From Phoronis australis (lineage: Eukaryota; Animalia; Phoronida): DNA of 64,000 nt. A model generated the notes under the pieces. The model did not search any database. It was given only the letters and a program-made list of their open reading frames with translations, and was not told the origin of the DNA. Location: positions 333,470 through 397,469 of the forward strand of contig NMRA01000207.1 of assembly GCA_002633005.1 (NCBI GenBank), given 5' to 3'. Below are positions 48,942-60,400 of the stretch, one piece after another; the first letter of the stretch is position 1, and the number at the start of each line of letters is the position of its first letter. The translations under genes were made by a program, and so were the position numbers.

Positions 48942-50846
48942 ATGAGTTTTAGTAGAACGATTCTGGGCTTCACAAGATCGTGCTCGCAGCTTCTGTTTTC
49001 TAGGTATTGCTTGGGTTTAGTTTCTGTGATGTCATCTTTTGCGCAGTATGTCTGGGGAACTCTGGAACTTTTGGGAGACTACCGGTCTTTAAAACCGGAC
49101 TTAGACTGGCTAGCTGTGTTTTTGCCTTGGAGTTGGAGTTGGCTGAGGCCGCACAAAACTCTAAAGCCAAGGCATAGTCATAGGCGTCCTCAGCTTCGGA
49201 TCGTGGGGAGTTGGGACGTTAGGTTGATGCAAATGCCAAAGGCAAGCTGTCCACTATCCAGCCGGTATCATACTCCACGTACAGCTACCTAGCTTGTGTA
49301 TACGATCAATGTCATGGATTTCTATTAGTAACTTACTAAGTAAGTTCTATAGAACTTCTATGCAGTTGTATTATAATTCCATGGTACGCCTATGACTACT
49401 AATGACTGAACGTCAAAACATGTGAAAAATGTCAGCAATAAACAGTTTACCAGCAGATCTGTTTGCGGTCGTCCTCCTAAGGTGTCCGTCCGTCTGTACA
49501 CAAAAAGGTACTTGTAGCAACATGATTTGATGGTTCAATCAGTATGAGACATCTTGACAAAAAGGTACTTGTAGCAACATGATTTGATGGTTCAATCAGT
49601 ATGAGACATCTTGACAAAAAGGTTGTGACGTATCAATCAATCAATCAATCTCTTTATTGATAGTCAGTTTGACAAAACAAACAAACACTAGCCAAAGGCT
49701 AATATCACAGACTATGAATAGTAACATAAAAAGCATAAATAATAAAATAATGAACCATAAAATAATGAAAAACCAAAACACATGACAAGATGAGAAAAAA
49801 CACATATTGATAAAATATCATGAAAGTATGGCATACTCACGCAAACACATACACACCAGATTTAAAATCTGCATACCCCGCACCTGCACAGTGTTTCTGT
49901 CCAGGATTTAATAAAATTCTGAAAAAGTTTATAGTCCATGAACTTGGACTCATTTCGAAGAGTGTTCCAGAGTTTAACGCTGTACACTAATAAAGAGTTT
50001 AAACCTTGGCGCACTGTTCGACATTGTTTCACAGGTATGGAGGGCCTATGGGATGACCACCCTCCTTACTGGGGCCAGTTGAGAAAGTCTAGTCTCCATA
50101 CAGCTAGGTGGCTGGCCTTGATGATATATAGTCTGTTGAGTAAGGATTAATACAGTTGATCAAACCTTCTGGGGCTGCACTGCTAATCCTCATGGGTGAC
50201 TTGCCAACCGATAGAACTTTGTCATCAGGAGCTGGCGATCACTTTTGAGTGAAAATATACTGAAAATCAGAAAGACCATCATCTGTCAATAAACTTAGTC
50301 CTTTTTGATGTTCCTTGAATCCTTGATCTTTAACTCTTTTTAAAGTCATAAAGAGGACACAAGACTTGTGATCAGTACCAGCTAATTAACTAGACATTGT
50401 TCTTCAACACTTTTCATGTTTTGAAGTTTTATTTTCAGTACATTTTTTCATTGTTTACTCTATTGTGTAACTAGTGATTGAACCCTTTTTGTGTTTTTAG
50501 AAATTCTTCAAGAGTGGTACTTCCACACAGTAGAACTCTTCACAGTCGTCCATTGCTATGTCCAGCCAGCACCATCAAGGACAGTGTTCCTATGGGCTTG
50601 ACCGCTGTATGCAGTAGACTGACCATCGGTGCCTCTCACCTGTTGGGACGTGTTCTGACTCTTTCTCCAGGGTATTTGCCACCAGGTCATGTGACGCAGG
50701 TCAGGGGCAAAATTCGCATAAACTATCGACCGAATGCGTACAGGAGGAAACGCAAGCAGGGCATGCGGGCGAGAACAAGCACAAAAACTGGTCTCATGTT
50801 GCTATGGAGACGAAAATTAAAGGGAAGATTCGTTTTGACAGTCTAG
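48942..50846 (+). CDS. MRPL34: Mitochondrial ribosomal protein L34 (bL34m), 2 exons
   Basis: Exon 1 48942-49003 (MSFSRTILGFTRSCSQLLFS, presequence-like; AG|GTATTG) joins exon 2 50501-50846 (TTTTAG|A) in phase 2; C-terminal YRPNAYRRKRKQGMRARTSTKTGLMLLWRRKLKGRFVLTV is the bL34 signature. Confidence 0.92.
49501..49622. repeat. 57-bp tandem duplication
   Basis: CAAAAAGGTACTTGTAGCAACATG...GAGACATCTTGA present twice. Confidence 0.9.
49633..50035 (-). mobile_element. 5'-truncated CR1/L2-type LINE fragment in the MRPL34 intron
   Basis: Minus strand reads ...GLNSLLVYSVKLWNTLRNESKFMDYKLFQNFIKSWTETLCRCGVC (typical ORF2 C-terminus KLWNxL...FxxxIKxW...CxC), then a UTR, AATAAA and a (TTGA)n tail. Confidence 0.7.
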
Positions 50847-51639
50847 TTAAAACTATGTTCTATGTGGACATCTTAGAACATTCATTGTGGGAGTTTGTAG
50901 GATGACCCAGGAGATATTGTACGGAAACAGAAAGACAAAACTGGTTGTGGAGAACACTGCATTAGCCATTTGTAGGGGTTTCAGATTATGAGAACCAGTT
51001 TGATGCTCAACAGTCAGTGGAGAAAACTGGTTCTCAAAATGTGGGACCTCTCTAAGTAACTTTGTGTAACCTTGACCTTTGTGACTCTTACATGAAGGTA
51101 TCATGGAAAAGCAAGCTCTAAATGATTTTCTTGAAGTGTTTTTTTCAAACGGATTAAGTGCTGGTGCCACACTTGCTGTATCTTACTACAAATCAAGTTA
51201 AGCTCCACCCCTCTAAGAGAAATGAAACTCACTAGGTGCACGTCGGCAGTTATTGAACTCAGTCTATGAAATTTGTTCTCTTGTTGAGTGTTTACAGTGA
51301 AAGCTAGCCAACAATAAGATTAATTCTTCACTTAAGTGAGCACATGTTGAGGATTACAGATAAAATTCTATTTGTTGGCTTGCTTTCACTGTGGGCACTC
51401 AACAACAGTACATTGAGTTGAACCCAGATCAGCAAAAACAAATTTCATCAACTGAACTCAGTAACAGCCAACATGCAGCTCCTGAGTTTTACATTAGTTA
51501 CCCGTGCCAAATGACGTTGTGTGGAGGTTGCAAGATATTGTTTAACTTGCGATATCCATATAACAGCATAAGCGCTTCGCATGGTTATCACCTATGGGAC
51601 GCTTCCATTGTTTTCCTTTGTTGCATCTTTGTTGGATAT

Positions 51640-51862
51640 CATGCGTGCACTCAGCCTTCAATATGGGGGGCTCGAATTCCTAACGTTGTGCACCTTTTGG
51701 TAACAAAAAAGCAGGCGGACTAAAAAAACGGCACCACTGTGAATTGCACATTTGTGCTTGTTTAGTGGATTTTGTCTCATTTTCTGGGACTTTTTGTTTC
51801 TCATAGGCGGACCTTTTTGCCCACTTTGCCAAATGGGGGGGGCTCGAATGGGTGCGCGCATG
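51640..51862. mobile_element. MITE, CATGCGCG-ended family, 5-bp TSD GATAT
   Basis: Ends CATGCGTGCACTC ... GGGTGCGCGCATG; GATAT at 51635-51639 and 51863-51867. Confidence 0.8.
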
Positions 51863-54434
51863 GATATAACAGTACAAGTCGCATGGATATCGTACCTTGG
51901 GCGCCCATCAGCCGATAACCGATAAATGCTTACCATTATCTTTATTATAAGAAAGAAATACAAAGTGAACAATGTATACGCCTATCTATGGATATCTATG
52001 CGAGCCAGAGGAGCTTGCAACCTAGTTTCCCGTGGGTATGGTAATAATTCTCTTACCAGGAGTAATTTTTTACACAATGAGGATGACAAATAAAATTCTA
52101 TTTTGTTAAAGCTCTCTAAAAAGTAAATATTAAGGACATTTTAGTCAATTACTGACAAACCTTGTTTAAAGTTTGGAGATGTCATTAAACAACATTTTTG
52201 CACAAGTTTCCATTATTTGCAAAAAGGTAACCAGTCGTTAGAAAATAGAAAGATTGCCTTTCTGGCAAATGTTTTTGTGTCAGGTGGAGAATTGCTATAG
52301 GTGGTAATAATAACATTATTTATTGATACACGTGGTTTATTGATACACATGGTTTATTGATACTCATGGTTTTCCATACCTTGCAACTGTCTATCACCTC
52401 GAAATGTTGCCTCAGTGCATTCATTTTCTTCATCATTTCCCTTTGAGTAAAATGGCAATAAACCCGTTTTACATCAGAAATAACTGTGATTTAGACCACA
52501 TACCGACATAAGTCGGGTTCTTTTTAGGCGCCCACGTATTTTGCGCCATCTAGTGGCCATTTTGTGATACAAATAAACACCCCTGTAGAAGCACGCCATT
52601 TGCGGTGCATTCGTGGGCGCATTTCAACGCTCCACGTTGCACTTGTTTGTATTTTACATGGATCAGAGACATTACTGGACTTGAGAATAACTGACGGATA
52701 GTTATTTTTTCTGACCAAGCTAGTAAAATTTCAGGTCACGACCTGAAATGTTCCGAGCCTCATTTGAAATAACGAACTGTCAGTTATTCTCTATCCCAGG
52801 GATCACTTCTGAACTGAGTGCGCCCCCTAACGGTGATGATCATGATGAGACAAATTTTATAACGGTTAATCGCCTAAATCAAATTCTTTCTTACAAAGCA
52901 TTGGGCGAATGTCACTTAATTGTGTAATAAGATTATATTATCGAAGCTTCTTATATACTTAATATGTAACTTGCAGAACTTGTGGAATACGTGTTACGAC
53001 TTTCAAATGACTTCTATTAAGTCTGATACATGACTTTTATTGAGTCTAATACATGACTTATTGAATTTGATACGTGAATCATAATTTGCTGTTACAAATT
53101 ACACTGGGATCACCTGCAGCCGCGCATTACCAAATCCAATGCAACAAACCTAATCTGGTGGAAATAATTACACATGCAGTACTTTTTAACCGTAAGATTT
53201 ACTTGCTCAATGAACTCGGGTATGTCTACGAATATGCTCGACTTCATGCTTGGCTGGAGGAAAGCACCTCGCCTAGTCTAGTCTTGTTAATTGTAGGAAG
53301 GTCTGTTAATGCTATTCTGTCGCAGGACGTATGATTCTTTCGTAATGACTCGATAACTTTCATAATCACTCGCATATGACACTTAAGTGATTCTCAGAGG
53401 ACTCGTAGAAAATACATTTTCACTGTATGTACGCTTTTACTTACACGTGATAGTATTAAATTCCAGTAATATTAACTAACGCTATTAGCGATAACTAACA
53501 TAAGACTTGGGATTGAATGAAGCATACAAGTTGGTTGAGTCGCAAATTTTTTCAGTTTACGTGTGGAAGGCCGCAAATCTTTCCATTCCCATCCAGCATC
53601 TAGAAATGGTTCTTACCAGGGATTACCGTGAGTAGCAACTTATCACAGCGCCCGGACTTTCTGAACAGCTTTTGTGTAGGGAACAGGTGTGGTATCAGTG
53701 ATTACCACGGCGTGTTGTTTTCCCGTCCAGTTTGGTCACTGCGGACTACAAAAACTAAATCCGCCATTTAAAGTTGAACTTTTCAGCATTTGATCCGTAA
53801 AAATCGGTTAACTTCTCCAGAAGAAAAAAGAACTAACGCTGAGTACAACTATTGTTCCTTTAATCGTTGATATGCCCCTACCTCTACTGTCCAATAAACT
53901 GCCTCAGTAGCCTAACAATATTGGACTCGTGTACCCCAGGGCGTGTCAGAGTGGTCTTGAATAACCCAAAGAAACGCAGTGAAGTCAACGGTTAAAGAAT
54001 TCTTCGTTGCGTTTCAGCAACACCTAATGTTTAAAGCTAAAGTTGCTTCCCTGGTGATTTCTAAAAGAAAACGTTGCCTTGCCATGCCAACGCCGTCAAT
54101 GATCAGGTTCATTTGGCATGTGACTTTGCTTGGCCTATAATTTGTGCAGAGGTGGATGATGGATCTACGATTGTATTGACAGAGGTTTAGTGAACCAGTG
54201 ACGCATTTTGTTGCTTTGGCGGGTGTTCGTGGCTCAAGAGGTGCGCCTTAAACCCTTTGAACCCCACTCATGAAATTGTAAGTCATAGCAAGCTCTCAGT
54301 ATTCCTGTTTATGAAAGTTTTAAATAAATGTACCAAAATTATCAAAAATATTTTTACTGAAATCCCAACGCGCTCTATCCTGATGTGGGTTTTCACTGAC
54401 ATTTTTAATTTCTAAATTATCGTTCTGTAAAATT

Positions 54435-57400
54435 TTAAATCTTTCTGACGGGAACTTCCTTTTCCTCACTCTTCGTGGCTAAGAGCTGGGAGAGTTGCTC
54501 AACGGACTGAGTCAATCTCATCACGCTTTCATTCAAGTCTCGTTGTCCACACGTGAGGTCGTCTAATCGGGCTTCGATATCTCCATGAAATCTACATTCG
54601 CAAACCTGGCAGTTGTTGGGTGAAATTCTTTCTGTTAGGTCAGTAGGGTTGCCGGCACGTATAAGGTTTGGCGCAGAATTTCTCATAAATCGTTTCTGTT
54701 CTTGGTCATTCCCATTCTGCTTCTGTTCTTGAAGGCTGTCGAGTCTATTTATGATCTTCGATATTACTTTCCCATTGTATACATAATACTGGCAATCCGC
54801 ACTGCAGTTGTTTGTGGGCGCGTTACAGTCACTTAATTGGTTAACTTCCATGTCAAGAGGTGGTGTTTTCGGGCGATTGACGTCGATACTTGGCAAGCTG
54901 CAGTGACGTCTGTCGTTGATGTTTGTCATCCAGTTCATGCCATGGTGGTCTGTGACTGGCCGTATTCGATTTGTATTCCCGCTTAAGTTGGTAAGTTTTT
55001 GACCGCCGGAACTTTCCGGCTTCTTCGGTATTTCTTTGGAGATGTCTTTGAGTGACAATTTCTCCAGAACTGTTCGGGTGACACTTTCCAAAACAATTAT
55101 CCGGTCTGCCAAGTCCTCCACTCTGCAATAATAAATAGGTTAGTAGTCGTTGACATATCTGACGGCTCTTTGCCTTCTGCGAATGGCACTCCTTGCGAAC
55201 TCGGAGGTTGCACGCCATTCAGGTTGTCAAAGACGCCGTCATTCCGAGTACTACAGAGGCTTCTGCTACTAGGAACCCGGTGTCTGCCTCAGTTCTAACT
55301 TAAACGTTATGGTCTCCGGACTCCGTCCTCCCATTAGAAATTATCTGCTTTGAACTGTCCCGAGTCGATATTGCTGGAGACAATACCTGGTGCCGTTACC
55401 AGCCGAGTCAAGCCAACTTTCTTGGTTTAGAACAATAACTAACTGACAGTAAGCCCAGAAATCACTTCTTGTCTGGCAACAGATCTATAGAATTCAAGTT
55501 CAGTCGTGAGAATCTTTTTTCGGCTCACCTTTGGCTAACTTTTAGGTAGCTGGAAATATTTACTGAAATGCCCACACGTCTTAGTTAATGTGTTAAAAGG
55601 ATACCAAACTTTGAATTTTGAAGATTTTGACCAAACCTTGTTATTGTAATGCCCCATTATCTTCCCACTTCAGTTATAGAAGCAGGATTCATTTAAGAAC
55701 CCGTATCCTTTGTGTCACAGACAGGATATTATGGTTTGGGGTTGGTGGTTCCCTACACTAGTTGTCGGGTAACTTGCCTAAAGTGATGTTACGATTGTTA
55801 GCTATTAGCAGACTTTCAAATTCTGCCCCATTTGAAACACTTGAGGGTTGTCGATGGTTGCAGAGCATCATTTTGTCTTAGAGAAGTAGATAATAAAATT
55901 ATTTTCAATATCAGCTAAAGGTCAAAACCGTGTGTGGTGTCCTTTTAAGAGTAGTCATTAACAAGATGGCGATCTGCTCCCGTAGCACTGAACAGTTAGG
56001 TTGCAGCCACGGGCATTTTGTAGTCCTAGAATTTAAGTTAAGGGGGTATGTCAGGTTCTCTTGGCGGCTGTTTTGGAAATAATTTCAAGGAAACTGATTT
56101 GCCTGTGCTTTTGAACTTGTCCTGAATGAGAAAAGCCAAGTTTTTTATACGGGACCTACTTTTGATGCAAAATGGTGGTTGCAATTTGCTTTGAACCCCT
56201 GTCGCCTGCTGTCTGAGAAACGCGGGTGTGATTTCAGGCAGTTGGTAATACCTAAATTTCTGTAATCTACAGTGAAATGGCATTCGGAGTATTGGCTATG
56301 ATCTCCTTTCTTGCATTGGGCATTCGTGAATTTGTGATTTTATGTAAAAATGTCTAAAATCGCCCTTTTTGGCCAATTTTGGAATCTCAGATTTTTCTCG
56401 TTTTCTCGGTGGACATAGCGAAGTAAAAAGACATTGCAAGCGAGGATTTGGTAAGGGGCGCGTACTATGACCACATTTTTAGAACCTAGAGAGAACGAGC
56501 ATTCTAGTGAATCTGGAGTCAGATTTTACTAGCAGTTGCAGGGAAGTGGTAATTTTGGGTTGACAATTGTATTGTCAAATCTGGGGGTTTTTGGTCCTAT
56601 ATTTCTATGCCGGGAATCCCATTAAAAATCTGTAGCATAATTAAGTTTCAGTTGTCATGAGTTGTGCTTGTGAGTTGGCAATGCTACAAAACCTTTTATT
56701 TTTTCAGGTTCTTGATTAGGACGTGAGGAAAGGACTCATCTCCACATAGGTGTGCGTTGGGAGCCAAAACCCTGTAATATAGTTTGCCACCATGGCCTAC
56801 TTATATCCTCATCGAGACGAGTGCGCATGCGTCATAGTGCCTACCTTTCATCCAATCCACCGTCTCGGATGCTGTTGTTATTCTTTTGACTATTTTCAAG
56901 TTTAGCCAAGTAGTTGTTGCTGGTGTCATACGAATCATCTGCACGGCTCAACTTTGACTTTGGTGTTATGACCGCCGGAAGAGATTCCCTCCGTGGCAAT
57001 TCGGGCGCAACGGAGGTACAGGCATGTGACGCAGATTCCGTCACTCTCTGATCAGCACTCGATTTAAGTTCGAACATGTTACCTGTTAACCGCCGGACGT
57101 TGTTCTTGTGTATGGAACGCGTCAAGCGCCTGCAACAGGACTAATTATTTATTATTTACCATAGTGAAAAAAAACAAAAACAAATGGACTTTTTGCTCAA
57201 GCCTGCATGATCCCCAGACTCTAACGGAATTATAAGTCACGTGATACATGGGTTTTAATTATTGTACATTTTCCCCATAATGAAGAGGTTAGCGATACAA
57301 ATGCGGTGTAACTGTTACGTGACAGTCCCCATTTTTCTTAAAAGTCGCGCATTTTCGTCGATTGAACTGACGGTGGTTGAACCTCGCGCATTTCTGCTAA

Positions 57401-60400
57401 TGACATTGCACCAAAGGCATATCGTGCTAAGACGACACTCCGACGGTCCTATGTTAATTTTGTGTTGTTTTTCTCCCGAGCGCATTACCCATTAGCCGGG
57501 TTCCATGAAACAGTCCCAAATAGGGATTCTAAGTTCCCTAAATCTTTAGCCTATCTGTGTCTTTGTTTACTCACAAATGTAATATTTTTCTATCATTTCA
57601 TCTTTATTATGACTTCCTCATCGACTTACGACATTTTCTAATAATATAACTAAAAACTCAGCCCTGAATTCAAGGAAAATAAATCGGGATTTAGACCTTT
57701 TATGTTGGGGGCGTTGCATGAAAAGATCCCTAAATAGTTTCAATAATATTGCGAATTCAATGTTGAGTTCAATCTCGATTTTCTACCAAAGCCAAAAGTT
57801 GACTAAGTAATGAAACTTAAACAGCCGAAGAAAGGACAATTCGTATTTTCACAAGTCCACAAATACGCAGCAGATTTAGAGAACTTAGTTGAGTCCCTAT
57901 TTGGGACTGTTTCATGCAACCGGGTAAATAAATTTCACCTGTCGTCCCTTCGAAAGAAGTCCGTTAGATTCTGCAGAAAGGCAGACGACCGCCTGGACTG
58001 GTTATGCTCCGCCACCTCAGCAACAGACATGTCACTGTTACTCCGTTTGATAGCGTCTTCTATTGACTTAAGTTCTCTGTCCAGTTCCGCTCTCCTGTGG
58101 AGTAGAGTTATACTTTTGAATAAAGAAAAAGCAAAAAGGCCTTGACTTCCATTTCCACTCTCTACCGTGACTTTTTGCTCGACAGTTAATTGTTTGTTGC
58201 GGGCACTATGCATTTTTAAATAGACACGTTGTTGTATGCCCCATGCTCTTAGTATAGGGTCTTCCCAAAGTTGAAGAGTTTGTGACGAGGGTAGAGCTCA
58301 ATAACGCTAGAACCTTGCAAGGAAAGCAAGATTTCGTGAGATTGCGTGCGTAAGATATTGCCTTGTATTTTCAATGAGAGCACGTGATTTTGTTTAGATT
58401 TTCTCGCCGCGAGATAGCTACTAAACATTACCCAGTTCAGCGTTCAGTTACTTGAAAACTTAGATCAAATGCACAGTACTTAAGCCATTGTTAATTCGGA
58501 TTATCTTTGTGTGAGATATGTAACTTACATATAAAATGAACTGTAGCAGGCACACAGGGTTTGTGTATCATCGTTGAATGTTTAGCCAACTGTTCAGTCA
58601 GACCACCGCTTTTTATACTGTTTCTGGTTAAATTACCGAGAGAAAACTTTTGTCTGGATGGATTGAGCATGTTTCAAATTCGTGGGCAAGGTCCTGCTTG
58701 TGTAAACGGATACATACGTCGTAACCAGGTTTGGGTCTCGTTTCATGTCCTTGGCCCGCTTGGCAGCTATGACTTCCATGGCGTATTTTATCCGCGGGTG
58801 GATTTCGAGCATGTTATAGAAGTCCTCAGCGTCCAGCGTGTAAAGAAATGTATACCCGAGTGAAGTTGCTGTTGCGAACCTCCTCGGTTGGTCTCTCATC
58901 ATCAAACAAACCTCTTGAAAAGAAAAACAACCTCAGAATCGGAGTGCGATGACACATGATAATCCGCCGTTAATATCCATCTTATGATTCAACTGAGAGC
59001 ATACGCGCATTTATCATAAATGGGAGGGATTTTGGAAACTCTGTGGTGACTACAGAGTTTTTCCTTGGCACGTGTTTCTAAAATCATGAATTTTATTATT
59101 TTTTCTGGGCATTCTCTCACAGGGCCGGGAAAATGAATTACTCAGCACTAGATGTTGCGACATCATGGTACTTTCATCGGTAATTGTTTAAAAGATATTA
59201 TCGCTTTCTATGCCTCTTTAAATCTCACCTCCGAAATATGACCCGCAGTTGAAGTAAAGCGGCTCGTGCACGTCACTCGCCGAGAGTACCACGGTTCCTG
59301 CTTCCACAAAGTAAACTTTGTCGGCTGCAAAATAAGACGAATTAGTAAGTCTTGTTAGTGCATTACAAGTATTGTAAATCCACGACTCTAAAACCTGCGC
59401 GAGACTAAGATACATTTTTCGCGCCAATTTCGTTCATTGGAACCCAAGAGTGTGATCCAGTTTCTTTTAGGTGGAAGTGTGACACTGGATCATTGAAATG
59501 CTATACAGTCGCCGGCTTTTCGCCGACGCAGTTGATTGATGGTCGTCAACAGCTGGTAATTAATTCTATGTTGAAGTTGGCTGCAAATGCTAACGGTTTT
59601 TTATTTTTGTGGGAGAAACATGCTTTCATCATTTCTCATTATTACCCCCAATGGATAACTCTGATAATACCAACTATAAGAACACATTAGATAAACCGGG
59701 CTCACTCACCGATTTCACCACCGTGATATATAATGTCACCTGGTTGATAGACCTCTTTCTTCAACTTTGACACGGTTTCATTCATGGAATGAGTTTCCAG
59801 TTTCTTTAGCAGAGGAAATTTTGACACCAAATTTCTACACGTGAAGTTCAAAATTTCCTAAAACGTAAAAATATATTTTGAGTGTTTTTCAGTTCAATAG
59901 GTACAGTGATAAGGCCAAGGTAAAAAAAATCGCCATGAAGTCTGCAATCGTGAAAGTGGTAAATATGAAACAAACTTTTAGTTGTACGAGTTTGGCCAGG
60001 GGTATAATTGACTAACTTCACTAGCCGTTCCGCCGGCTCAAATGCTTAAGAAATCAGTTCGCAATGACGACTTTCGGATAACAGACCAATCAGATATCGT
60101 AGCCACTTGGTGAAACCGGCGAAGACAATCAGGTGCAATCAATAGCTATACTTGATTGACTTTGTCGGTTCCTTTGGGTCAAATGTTTAAGATATCTGAT
60201 TGGTTCTCGATGACGACTTCCCGATTACAGGCTGATCGAAGTAGAGTTCAGGAACGCTAGGACCTCGTTAAGACCTCGCTAAAGGGATGACTTCGCGAGA
60301 TTACGCGACTGAGATAGTACCGTGCATTTCAAGTGAGAGCACGTGATTTTGGCCAGATTTTTCTCGTCGCTAGGTACTGAACTCTACTCAGGTGACCCGG

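Noticed and set aside
48900-49292. 130-aa ORF as a stand-alone gene
   Set aside because: Only 48942-49003 is MRPL34 exon 1; the rest is read-through into the intron
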